Part shown: positions 30,290 through 39,745 of the stretch, one piece after another
Numbering within the stretch: the stretch's first letter is position 1
Layout of the letters: each line of letters opens with the position of its first letter
Source of the DNA: Candidatus Bathyarchaeia archaeon
GTDB taxonomy: Archaea; Thermoproteota; Bathyarchaeia; Bathyarchaeales; Bathycorpusculaceae
Direction of reading: 5' to 3'
Length of the DNA: 64,000 bases
NCBI GenBank assembly: GCA_038883795.1
Contig: JAVZLK010000001.1
Span: 64,001 to 128,000, forward strand
Translations under genes and position numbers: made by a program
Notes under the pieces: model-generated
Database searches by the model: none
What the model saw: only the letters and a program-made list of their open reading frames with translations
Told to the model about the DNA's origin: nothing

Positions 30290-31149
30290 AAATAGTGGTC
30301 ATAGGCTCCACGGGGCAACTTGGCACAGATCTTATGAAAATACTGAAAAATGAACATGAAACAATCGGCTTAACACACCAAGACATAGAAGTAACAGATT
30401 ACAATTCATGTCAAATCTTGAAGAAATATCACCCAGACGTTGTCATAAATACTGCTGCATTCCACAAAACAGATCAATGTGAAGAAGAGCCAACGAAAAC
30501 CTTTGCGGTAAACGCTGTGGGAGCCAAAAATATAGCCACAATTTCAAAAGAAGTTGATGCTACAACCACATTCATAAGCACGGATTATGTTTTTGATGGC
30601 TCGAAAAATGAACCATATACGGAAGACGACGCACCAAATCCTATCAACACTTATGGCATTTCAAAATTGGCAGGCGAACTTTTCACAAAACAAAACCCAA
30701 AACATTACATAATTAGAGTCGCAAGCTTGTTTGGTGTAGCTGGAGCCAGCGGCAAAGGCGGAAACTTCATCGAAACAATGATAACTAAAGCCAAAAAAAA
30801 TGAGCCTATAAGCGTTGTGGATGACATGTGGATGAGCCCCACATATACAGAAGACGCAGCCGCAGCAATAAAGAAAATAATAGAATTACAGCTTCCTTTT
30901 GGGGTATACCATGCAACAAATCAAGGCTACTGCACATGGTTCGAATTCGCTCAAGAAATATTTAAAATGGCAAATCTAAACCCAAAACTAACGTCGATTA
31001 AAACAAGCCAGCTTCAAATGAAAGCTAAAAGACCACAATTTTCAGCATTAAAAAGCATAAAACTTCCAAAATACGGCATAAAAATGAGAAGCTGGAAAGA
31101 AGCTCTTTACGATTACTTAATTGAAAAAGGCCATATAAGCCCTCAGTGA
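30286..31149 (+). CDS. rmlD: dTDP-4-dehydrorhamnose reductase
   Basis: GSTGQLG, ISTDYVFDG, YGISKLAGE, AKRP. Confidence 0.93.
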   Translation: MKIVVIGSTGQLGTDLMKILKNEHETIGLTHQDIEVTDYNSCQILKKYHPDVVINTAAFHKTDQCEEEPTKTFAVNAVGAKNIATISKEVDATTTFISTDYVFDGSKNEPYTEDDAPNPINTYGISKLAGELFTKQNPKHYIIRVASLFGVAGASGKGGNFIETMITKAKKNEPISVVDDMWMSPTYTEDAAAAIKKIIELQLPFGVYHATNQGYCTWFEFAQEIFKMANLNPKLTSIKTSQLQMKAKRPQFSALKSIKLPKYGIKMRSWKEALYDYLIEKGHISPQ

Positions 31150-31162
31150 AATAGGACAAAAG

Positions 31163-32110
31163 GTGAAGATGGAATTGCATATAGCCCAAATTGGAACAGG
31201 TCGTGTAGGACGCCCAACAGCATATACCATTATGTGCGCGGAACTGGCGGACACAATAACGGTATGCGATACCAAACCGGGGCTTGCCGCAGCCTTCGCT
31301 GAAGAATTAAAACATGTCACAGCAAGTTTAGGATTAGATGTAGAAATAAACGCTTGCGAAAAAGATGAGGAGGTTGCAGGAGCGGACATAATTCTAATTT
31401 CAGCGGGAGAGCCGAGAATTCCGGGGGTTAAAATGAGCAGACGGGACTTGGCGGTTCAAAACGCAAAAATAATCAAGTATATCGCTGAAGTCACGTCTCC
31501 ACGAAATCCCGGTGCAAAATACATTGTTATAACAAATCCTGTGGATGCAATGGCGATGGTTTACAAAAAATACTCTAAGGCTGATTTTGTAATAAGCACT
31601 GGAACAAACCTTGAATCCTTGAGGTTTCGATCAAAACTGGCGGCAACATTAAAAGCGCCGGTGTCCAAGGTTCAAGGCTGGGTTGGTGGGGAGCATGGAG
31701 AGGCTGCGGTTATTCTTTGGTCTACAACAAGAGTGGATAGTTTTCCTGTGAGCGAGTATGTTAAGTCAAGAAACAAAATTTTGCGCAAAGATGAAATAGA
31801 GTCTTACATGAAGGCGATATCAAAATTTGTGGTTGATAATATCGGGGGTACGGAATATGGTCCAGCAGCCTCTTTCAGAGACATTGTTAGGGCTATAGTT
31901 AAAAATACAAGGGAGATAGTTTCGGTGGCAACACCCATGAAGTTTGGGGAGATATCAGAACCAGTTTTTGTTGGAACACCGTTAAAACTTGGAAGTTCCA
32001 TTGGTACTTCTTTGTATGATGCTCTTTCAAGCGAAGAAAAGAAAGGAATAGAGGAAGCAGCGAAAGCGATTTACCAAACATACCAAACGGCAATAGAAGG
32101 CATCGAATAA
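31163..32110 (+). CDS. Malate/lactate dehydrogenase family protein
   Basis: GTGRVG, AGEPR..SRRDL, ITNPVD, GEHG. Confidence 0.85.
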   Translation: MKMELHIAQIGTGRVGRPTAYTIMCAELADTITVCDTKPGLAAAFAEELKHVTASLGLDVEINACEKDEEVAGADIILISAGEPRIPGVKMSRRDLAVQNAKIIKYIAEVTSPRNPGAKYIVITNPVDAMAMVYKKYSKADFVISTGTNLESLRFRSKLAATLKAPVSKVQGWVGGEHGEAAVILWSTTRVDSFPVSEYVKSRNKILRKDEIESYMKAISKFVVDNIGGTEYGPAASFRDIVRAIVKNTREIVSVATPMKFGEISEPVFVGTPLKLGSSIGTSLYDALSSEEKKGIEEAAKAIYQTYQTAIEGIE

Positions 32111-32193
32111 AGCTGTAATTTATGATTTTCTAACATACTAATGTTAAATAATAAAAGCCAGTATCATGAAACAGAAAAAATAAAGGTGGCAGC

Positions 32194-33702
32194 TTGGCAA
32201 AAAATGAAATAAGGCTGGAATATTCAGGTTTTGTGGTATTTGCTGTTCAATTGCTTAGTGTGGTAACGGGCGTAATTTTTCAGCTTATAATAATTCGTGC
32301 TATTAGCGCCGTCACTCCGCCAGACAAGGTATCTGATGTTTATGGCGTGTGGTCCAATGTTAGTAAGGATGTACTACCATACTTCACATTGATGGCTGGA
32401 GTGTTTCCTTTTTGGGCTTTAAGGTTTACGGCAAGAGGAACTGAAGGCGCTGTGAAAACGGGAGTTCTTGCCAACTTGACCATTTCATTGATTTCTGCTT
32501 TAACGTATACTTTCTTGGTTCCTTTCATTGTTTCCGCTCTTGGAGTTGGTGATTACTCTTTCCTTTATTTTATCGCTGCCCTCCAAATAATTGAAATATA
32601 TGCCATTAATATCTTTGAGGCGTGCATTCAAGCGAAAAAGCCGCATGTGATAGGTTACGGGTTATTTTTGAGAGAATTATCCAAAGTTTCGTTGGGCTAT
32701 TTTTTAATAAATATTGTTTACTCCGGTGATCCGCTTACTGGAGCTATGCTAAGTCTCATAATAGCCTTCACCATTCAAGGGATCTATTATTTGAGGCTGT
32801 TGCTAGAGGATTTAAAGCAAAAATTCCAGTGGAAATATTTGAAAGAATGGCTGAAAGGTTCCATCGCAAACATATACAATGCTGTTGGCAACCAAATAGC
32901 GGCTTTCATATTCATAATGCTATTTATTTATGGCGGTGAAGCCGCACGAGGTGTTTACGGCGCAGCTTCATTAATAGCGAGCATAATTGGTTATTCTTCC
33001 TATCTGGCTTTTGCCTTATATCCAAAGTTGCTTGCGGAGGGAAAAAGCGAGGATGTAACCACTGCCATGAGAATTGTTTTAATGTTTGCCTTACCCATGA
33101 CCGCGGGCGCAATAGCGCTTTCAGATTCCTATTTAACAATTCTCACCTCTGAGTTTAGGACAGCTACACCAGTTTTGGTTGTACTTGCAATAGATGCACT
33201 GGTGGCGACTATATCGGGGATATATGGCACTGTGCTTATGGGATTTGAAAAAGTTGATGAAAAAGCGCAAATTTCATTCAAAGAATTGTTAAGAAGTCGA
33301 CTTTTCCTCGCATTTTCTTTGCCTTATCTCCATTCAGCCATAACCCTTCCAACAACATTCTATGCATTAACAACGTGGGTTCAAAATGACCCGCTGCAAG
33401 CTGCAGTTTCTGTGGGCGTCATTAATTCTGTGGCTCGTTTCGTCATGTTCCTTATTCAATATGTTATCGTTCGCAGAATTGTTAGAATAGAAATTCCATG
33501 GTGGAATATTGCCAAATATGTTTTTGCTTCAGCTTTGATGGCGACTATTCTATTTTTGATTCCTCATCCAACAACTATAATGTTAACTTTCGCTGTCACA
33601 GCTATTGGTGGAATAATTTACTTGTTGATTGTGATGGTTCTTGATAAAGAAGCAAAAATGTTAATTTCAAGAACATTGCAAATAATTCAAAGCAAAGGTT
33701 AA
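32194..33702 (+). CDS. Polytopic membrane protein, probable MOP-superfamily flippase
   Basis: About 14 hydrophobic segments; lies at the end of the glycan cluster. Confidence 0.65.
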   Translation: MAKNEIRLEYSGFVVFAVQLLSVVTGVIFQLIIIRAISAVTPPDKVSDVYGVWSNVSKDVLPYFTLMAGVFPFWALRFTARGTEGAVKTGVLANLTISLISALTYTFLVPFIVSALGVGDYSFLYFIAALQIIEIYAINIFEACIQAKKPHVIGYGLFLRELSKVSLGYFLINIVYSGDPLTGAMLSLIIAFTIQGIYYLRLLLEDLKQKFQWKYLKEWLKGSIANIYNAVGNQIAAFIFIMLFIYGGEAARGVYGAASLIASIIGYSSYLAFALYPKLLAEGKSEDVTTAMRIVLMFALPMTAGAIALSDSYLTILTSEFRTATPVLVVLAIDALVATISGIYGTVLMGFEKVDEKAQISFKELLRSRLFLAFSLPYLHSAITLPTTFYALTTWVQNDPLQAAVSVGVINSVARFVMFLIQYVIVRRIVRIEIPWWNIAKYVFASALMATILFLIPHPTTIMLTFAVTAIGGIIYLLIVMVLDKEAKMLISRTLQIIQSKG

Positions 33703-34571
33703 GCTTCATTATTCCATAGTTCAAGGAAGAGAGTTTTTAGGGTTTTAACGAAGGCTTCGTAGTTTGTCCATAAGGCTGCAACTCTCTTTTTTCCATTGTT
33801 CTTTCTTATTAGCAGAAGCAGTTGCTCATCGTCTCTGAGGATAAAGGTTGGCAGGTCTTCAACGTTTGAAAGGGAGTATTTGGATTTTTTTAGTTTTATT
33901 TTTTCGATGAAGAAGCAGCTTTTTGGGGAATAATTAGTTAGTAGATGCACGTTTATGTTTTCCTTGGACATTGTTTCAAGTTTGTCTAGGAATCCAGAAT
34001 GGTAGAAGTTTGCTATGTCATGTTCTGAGGCGAAGACGTAAACTTCTCTTTGGGCGTTATTGAGTATTTCATCTGCCTTGAGGTTAATTTGCTCTTCGCC
34101 TTCCAAAACTTGAAATACCTCTTTTCTTTCATGTTCTGTTTCTGGTTTGGGAAGAGAAAGCCAAAGGTTGATCAGGTTTCCCTTTTTCTTTTCAAGAAGG
34201 CTTATTTTCATTTTTTTGGTTTCGATAAGTATTTCTAATGCCTTTTCGAAAGGTATGGCAATGAATTTTAAAGGTTTTTCAAAAACAGAGGATATTAACC
34301 CCTTTTTCTCCAAATCACGCAAAATTCTGTAAGTCTCAGTTCTGTGAAGGGATAACGCCTCGGAAATTTCACTCGCTTTGTGTTCGCTTGTTCTTGCGAG
34401 ATAAATGTAAACCTTAATCTCATTTTTTGATAATCCAAGCCTGTGAAGAGCCTTCTCTATTATTTCTAGGGATTTTGGTGGTCCCTTATCTGTTTTTACG
34501 AATCTCCACATTCCCGAGTTTTCGTCGTATAATTTTACGATATTTTGGGTTTTGTCGACTGTTAGTTCCAT
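33699..34571 (-). CDS. TrmB-family transcriptional regulator
   Basis: LGLSKNEIKVYIYL, EISEALSLHRTETYRILRDLEKKG, ALWTN. Confidence 0.9.
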   Translation of the reverse strand: MELTVDKTQNIVKLYDENSGMWRFVKTDKGPPKSLEIIEKALHRLGLSKNEIKVYIYLARTSEHKASEISEALSLHRTETYRILRDLEKKGLISSVFEKPLKFIAIPFEKALEILIETKKMKISLLEKKKGNLINLWLSLPKPETEHERKEVFQVLEGEEQINLKADEILNNAQREVYVFASEHDIANFYHSGFLDKLETMSKENINVHLLTNYSPKSCFFIEKIKLKKSKYSLSNVEDLPTFILRDDEQLLLLIRKNNGKKRVAALWTNYEAFVKTLKTLFLELWNNEA

Positions 34572-34599
34572 TCTGACCCTCTAGCAGCCTTGCTCCTTA

Positions 34600-34670
34600 T
34601 TCTGACTCTGATTCAGAACCGTTTTACTCAAAGCGTCATATTTTATACTTCTGAATCTGAAATCTGAATC
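34600..34670. promoter_or_regulatory. TCTGA(A) repeat cluster in the divergent promoter region
   Basis: TTCTGA-N7-TCAGAA at 34600-34618. TCTGAA x3 at 34650, 34656, 34663, beside a minus-strand TATAAAA (34641-34647). Confidence 0.5.
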
Positions 34671-34760
34671 CAAAATCAACATTTCAAAATTTTTAAGCAA
34701 CAAAAGCTAAAAGCATGAACCGCTTAGAACAGCAGAATTAGAGAGAAGGAGAAAAGGAGA

Positions 34761-35234
34761 ATGCAAAGTAAACAGGGTTATGCTTTTTGCTTTAAAAATT
34801 TCTTAGTTCCAAGAAACAATCATTGGTTAAAAAGAACAGCATTACTTTTCGCCTTCATAATATTTGATTACCTAATAACCCTTGCCCTTTGCCGCATCCC
34901 TCAAGAAGAAGCCAATTTTTATGCAAGGGTTTTTATGGAAAATTTCGGCATACCCCTTGGATTGACGCTTTTCGTTGTTGTGGTTAACTTACCAATCTAC
35001 ATGATATTGAGCATAGATTCGCATGTTATAAAGTTTCCATTCAAGATAGGTGTTGTTATCGAAACTTTGGTTGATTTTATCTTTGCATGGTTTGTCGCTG
35101 GACTGCATTTTAGTGGTGGTTCCAGTTGGGTTTGGTTTGCTCCAGATTGGACACGCCAAACTTTTGGCGCTTTTTTGTATTTGTTTTTGGCTTTTCTAAT
35201 TGTTAAGCCTCACAAGCCATCTTATGCTGCTTAG
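34761..35234 (+). CDS. Hypothetical membrane protein (about 4 TM)
   Basis: Hydrophobic segments, DY.IT...EEANF motif. Confidence 0.7.
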   Translation: MQSKQGYAFCFKNFLVPRNNHWLKRTALLFAFIIFDYLITLALCRIPQEEANFYARVFMENFGIPLGLTLFVVVVNLPIYMILSIDSHVIKFPFKIGVVIETLVDFIFAWFVAGLHFSGGSSWVWFAPDWTRQTFGAFLYLFLAFLIVKPHKPSYAA

Positions 35235-35337
35235 TAGGCTTGTTAGTGCGTAACAGTTCACAACATACTAACCCTATTATCCCTTAACAATTGATTACTT
35301 TGCAGAGTCTATTAGCGAAGAACACGGGAGATTCTTT

Positions 35338-36012
35338 ATGGAAGCCAAAAACGTTAAACCTAAAGTAAACGCCGAACAAACGCAACCACAACCACCAAAA
35401 GAAGCACAACCCGAGGTTGTGGAAGAAGCATACTTTTTCCATCCCGTACAGTTATCTGAAGAAAGCGAGGAAATTTTAGACGAGAAGGAAATAGAAAAAT
35501 CTAAAACTGAAATTGAACAGAAACTTCAAGAATTCCTAAAAAGCATAAGCGAGGAAACATTACAGTTAAGCGAGTTTCTGATCGAAGAAAAAACCCTCAT
35601 CAACGAACTTTGCATGTCCCTTAAACAAATTCTCAAAAAACTTAACGTCTCCTTCAACATTCCTCCGCAAAATGTACCCTTCAAGAAAAAAGTCAAAAAG
35701 TTAATTTTGAATGAGGAAGGACACCTAATACTCGTTCCCGAAAAAGGCGAGGTTAACTCAGCCTTCCTAGCAGAGTATCCGCCTGAAATTGTCATGGCTG
35801 TTTTATGGGTTATATTGCCTGAACTGGCGAAGGTGATAATGCTGTATAGAAAGAAGATAAGCACAAGGGTCAACTTCTTTGGAAAGTTGAAAAAGGAACT
35901 GAAAGGAGTTGTTAAGGCTATTGTTGGAGGCAAAGAGGAAACCGCCGTTTTAAGCGAAGAAAGGACCATGGATGTTGTAAAAGAATCCGTAACAACAGGA
36001 AATCAAAGCTAA
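35338..36012 (+). CDS. Hypothetical protein, coiled-coil with central alpha/beta insert
   Basis: 224-aa ORF with normal codon usage; acidic, Pro/Gln-rich N-terminus. Confidence 0.75.
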   Translation: MEAKNVKPKVNAEQTQPQPPKEAQPEVVEEAYFFHPVQLSEESEEILDEKEIEKSKTEIEQKLQEFLKSISEETLQLSEFLIEEKTLINELCMSLKQILKKLNVSFNIPPQNVPFKKKVKKLILNEEGHLILVPEKGEVNSAFLAEYPPEIVMAVLWVILPELAKVIMLYRKKISTRVNFFGKLKKELKGVVKAIVGGKEETAVLSEERTMDVVKESVTTGNQS

Positions 36013-36014
36013 GC

Positions 36015-36569
36015 TTGCGGGTGTTATTTTTGGATGGCTTTTTAACTGAAATTCGAACTTTTTATTCGCTTAAAGAAATCAGAGAAATGATAGAAGCGGG
36101 AATAAGCCAATATAAAATGTTGCTTGAAGATTACAGCCAGTGGTTAGGAAGCCTTCTAAGAAACCCGGAAACCGCAAAGAACCAAGAGCAAATGAAAAAA
36201 TTCGCTGAACTACAAAAAGTTCTGAGAACTGGAGGTAGAAAAGGAAGCAGAAAAGAAGAGAAAAAAGTTGGCATTTCAACGGAGTGGGTTCAGTTCAAAG
36301 ATATTATGCTTTCCGCAGATGCGCTAGGAGAGGCGGAAGTTCTCTTCGAAGCCGTGGAGGAGTTAAGAAATAAAATTGACAAGTTGGAGAAAGCAAAAAA
36401 CTCGATAATTGATTTGGAACGTTATGGCTTGGGAAAGGAATTGCTTTACATAGCCTTCATACGTGATGGGATGCCAGAAAAAATAGTTTTCAAACCCAAG
36501 AAAGGTTTTGGTGTTCCAGAAAAATTTGAGTTTGAGGCGGATTTCTCTGTTGTAGAACAAACTTCATAG
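36015..36569 (+). CDS. Hypothetical helical-hairpin protein
   Basis: 184-aa ORF coupled to the previous gene; two long amphipathic helices. Confidence 0.75.
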   Translation: MRVLFLDGFLTEIRTFYSLKEIREMIEAGISQYKMLLEDYSQWLGSLLRNPETAKNQEQMKKFAELQKVLRTGGRKGSRKEEKKVGISTEWVQFKDIMLSADALGEAEVLFEAVEELRNKIDKLEKAKNSIIDLERYGLGKELLYIAFIRDGMPEKIVFKPKKGFGVPEKFEFEADFSVVEQTS

Positions 36570-36579
36570 GAAGCACGTT

Positions 36580-38283
36580 TTAACCTACACTAAATTCTAT
36601 GAAGGCTTTAGTGAATTTCTTCATCAAATCATAAGGACCTTCCACAACACAATTCACACGAATATAATTTTTAACCGCACGACTTTTGATGCCAATTCCT
36701 ATGACGCCAACGCCCATCCGTTCAACTTTTTTAAGGTTTTCTTTCAACTTTTCCTCTGCACCCTCATATCCTGAAGGAAAGAAATCTGAAACCACAACCA
36801 AAACCCTAGCCTGTTCCAGTCGCTTGGTTAAGGCTTGGGCTGCTAATAGAACAGCATCTGGAAGATATGTTAAGCCTCCATGGGTTAATCCGCCTATTCT
36901 CGCCTTCACTTGTGCATTAAACCTTTCAGAAAAATCTTTGATGACGTAGAATTTGTTGTTGAAGGCGTACATGCCCCATGAATTCTGGTTAAGGATTAAC
37001 GTTTTTGCAACTTCAGCTAAGCATAGGGCTATGCCGCGAACTTCGCCCTTAAACATGTTTAGGCTGTGGCTGGCATCTATAAGTATAGACCATGCGTCCT
37101 CTCTTGTTTGAAGTTCCTCTCGAACGAAAATGTCGGTTCGTTGGCTTTTGCTGGCAATAACTTGTATGGCCTCTTGCAAATCCACGAATCCACTTTCTTG
37201 TCTGAAATCTTCGCCTTCAACATTTTTCAAAAGCCTTAGTTGATGCATTATACGTCTTATGGGACTACCTAAAAGTTCCCTTCTTCTTTGAAATTCTGCA
37301 TAATCCTCAGCAGGAAACTCGAAATCCTCGAATGGTGTATTCTTTCCTATCTGAACGTAATCCCTCAAAATCTTTAACTTAGAACGTTCCTGCTCCTGCC
37401 ATGTCATCAAAACTTGATGGGCGTCGCCTTCTTTCAAACTCTGCAGCAATGTTCGTAGTTGCTCTTCGCTTTTACTTTCGGAGTCCAAAAAGTTTAACGA
37501 GTCTGTAAAAACTGGTTGTATATCCTCCTCTCGGGGTATGTGCTGCTCGTAGAAAAGATCATTTGTTCCATGGCATTCCATGTATAAAAGCGATGGCACC
37601 TCAAAAGGCTCTCCATAAACAGCTAGAGCATCATAAATTTTGCTGGCAGCATCCACCCTACTATCCAACGTGGGGTTTTCTCCTAATCCTCGAAGGATGG
37701 ACGTTATTGCTTTAACATCTGTAAGCACGTCATCCTTCAATTTTCCTTTAACTTTTCCAAGAGCATGTTCCTGAAGTATTGAAGCCATGACTTGTGAAAT
37801 GTTGTTTGGAAGTTTATCCACGTCCTTCATTAGAAGAAAGGAGATGGCGTTTGCGTAGGCTATTTCTGGAAGCATCCATTGAAACGACCGTTTAAGTTGC
37901 GAATTTATTATGGCATCTTCGATTATGCTTATGACAAAGGTTGATAAGTTGTGGGATTTCCCCCTTGCCCATTTTGAGTATATTGAAAAATCTGATAGGT
38001 GTGCGTGCATAGCTAAATGGTAAACTGAGGATTTGAATAAATACCAAATAATTTTCTTGTGAGTTGGGTTTTGAATGTCAAATTTTAATCCTTGAAAATA
38101 AACGCATTTCTCGTTCAACTTTTTTGGTTTAATTAAATGTAGAACGAATCCTCGACTGTCTTTTCCAAGATAGGGATATCTTAAATCATCATGCAAAAGA
38201 ACCTTCAATTCATTATGTGATTTTTTTGTTATTTGAGTGACTGTGGACCATGCAAAATCAAAAAAGTTCAATGCACAACCCAT
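36580..38283 (-). CDS. VWA-domain protein (NorD/CbbO-like)
   Basis: MIDAS motif DASHS...T...SD; directly downstream of the AAA+ gene. Confidence 0.85.
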   Translation of the reverse strand: MGCALNFFDFAWSTVTQITKKSHNELKVLLHDDLRYPYLGKDSRGFVLHLIKPKKLNEKCVYFQGLKFDIQNPTHKKIIWYLFKSSVYHLAMHAHLSDFSIYSKWARGKSHNLSTFVISIIEDAIINSQLKRSFQWMLPEIAYANAISFLLMKDVDKLPNNISQVMASILQEHALGKVKGKLKDDVLTDVKAITSILRGLGENPTLDSRVDAASKIYDALAVYGEPFEVPSLLYMECHGTNDLFYEQHIPREEDIQPVFTDSLNFLDSESKSEEQLRTLLQSLKEGDAHQVLMTWQEQERSKLKILRDYVQIGKNTPFEDFEFPAEDYAEFQRRRELLGSPIRRIMHQLRLLKNVEGEDFRQESGFVDLQEAIQVIASKSQRTDIFVREELQTREDAWSILIDASHSLNMFKGEVRGIALCLAEVAKTLILNQNSWGMYAFNNKFYVIKDFSERFNAQVKARIGGLTHGGLTYLPDAVLLAAQALTKRLEQARVLVVVSDFFPSGYEGAEEKLKENLKKVERMGVGVIGIGIKSRAVKNYIRVNCVVEGPYDLMKKFTKAFIEFSVG

Positions 38284-38289
38284 AACTTA

Positions 38290-39375
38290 TTACGAGCTAA
38301 AAATGGACTCAACAATCCGCTTAACAGCAGCTTGCACTTCTACATCATCACTTGTAGTCCCAACAATGGTTTCAACCGCAGCCTCTATTGGTCCGCATCC
38401 ATCAGCAATTAAAGTTGCCCAATTAATTAGGTCTCCAGGGGATGGCCCGTAGGGGAGGTCGCCGTTTTTGTACTGCCTTCTGAGTTCAGCGCCTACTTGG
38501 ACTATTTTTTTGGAGGTTTTTTCGTCTAGGCCGCTTCTTTTCATGATGAGTTCAATTTCGTCTGGGGAGATTTTGTCGCCTACACTTAGGTAGTCAAAGT
38601 TTATCCATACGGACATGCGTCGTCTTAAAGCAGCGTTTAATGGTTTCGTTCCAACGAATTCGGCTGAAAAGGGATTCATGGAAATTACGAGATAGCCATA
38701 TGGATGCCTCTTCACTATTTCGTTGTCTTTTTCTGTTAAAACTATGTGCCCCCGCGTGTCCAAAACTGGGTTAAGCCTTGAAGCTATATCTTGTTTCATC
38801 ATGTTTGCCTCGTCCAAATAGAGTAAGCCGCCATTTCTACACCACATGACTATTTGTCCGTCAATCCAGTTTTCCTTTCCAAGACCAATGTATCTTCCAA
38901 ACAAATCGTAAGCTGAAGTTTGCAAACCGCAGTTTATTTCCCACATTGGTAATCCGCAAAGCTCCGCAATTAAATATACAACGTGGGTTTTGCCTGTTCC
39001 GCTGGGTCCAATTAAAGCGCACTGCTTAAAGTAGTAGAGGGCTCGGACTATTCTTTCAACATAATTGAAGCCTTTGTCTATGTATTCTGGAGTGTTACGC
39101 GGTATAAGGGTGCGTACAGATTCGGGAAATATAAATCCGGGGTGCAGGTCATATTTTTCTATTCTGTATTTTTTTCGAAGCTCGGCATGGGTATAAGAGG
39201 TTATGTTGGCCGTTTTTGTTATTGAAACCGATAAGCGCGTGTCTTTCACTTCAGTTTTTATTTGCTCTTCTACAACGTAAGCAGTTTCGGCTTTCTGTTT
39301 CTTTCCGCCTTGGAATCCGAATCCGACAGCCTCTGCTACGATTGGTTTATCCTTTAACTTTGTTTTCGAGTCCAT
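38290..39375 (-). CDS. MoxR-group AAA+ ATPase (CbbQ/NirQ/NorQ/GpvN type)
   Basis: GPSGTGKT, LYLDEAN, SMNP, LNAALRRR. Confidence 0.9.
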   Translation of the reverse strand: MDSKTKLKDKPIVAEAVGFGFQGGKKQKAETAYVVEEQIKTEVKDTRLSVSITKTANITSYTHAELRKKYRIEKYDLHPGFIFPESVRTLIPRNTPEYIDKGFNYVERIVRALYYFKQCALIGPSGTGKTHVVYLIAELCGLPMWEINCGLQTSAYDLFGRYIGLGKENWIDGQIVMWCRNGGLLYLDEANMMKQDIASRLNPVLDTRGHIVLTEKDNEIVKRHPYGYLVISMNPFSAEFVGTKPLNAALRRRMSVWINFDYLSVGDKISPDEIELIMKRSGLDEKTSKKIVQVGAELRRQYKNGDLPYGPSPGDLINWATLIADGCGPIEAAVETIVGTTSDDVEVQAAVKRIVESIFSS

Positions 39376-39475
39376 TAGAATGGTTCCTCCGGAGGATTTT
39401 TCTATGAATTTTAACTGCAGAATTTGATTTAAATCTTACTTCTCACGATTCAATACATTGAATCCTTTGCGCCAA

Positions 39476-39745
39476 TTACAATAAAAGATCACTCAAAATA
39501 CTCTGCAACACATTTTTATCCTTTAAATTTCGGAAAATGGCTTTTCCCGTTCCGTAAAGGCGGAAAGAGACGCCTTTGAAGGTTAATTCGAAGATTATGG
39601 ATGAAATTGACTTTTCTATTTTTGCCCTTTTTAGAATTTTGTTTATAGCTTCCTCTTTCCTTTCATATTTTAGTATGACTATGAAGTCTCTTTCTTCGCC
39701 GCATGTTTCCTCAATTCTAGCCACATAATCTTCAACTGAAACCAT
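39476..39745 (-). CDS. Small hypothetical protein of the Fe-S operon
   Basis: Abuts the sufS stop; EETCG; FRLYGTGKAIF beta-hairpin. Confidence 0.7.
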   Translation of the reverse strand: MVSVEDYVARIEETCGEERDFIVILKYERKEEAINKILKRAKIEKSISSIIFELTFKGVSFRLYGTGKAIFRNLKDKNVLQSILSDLLL

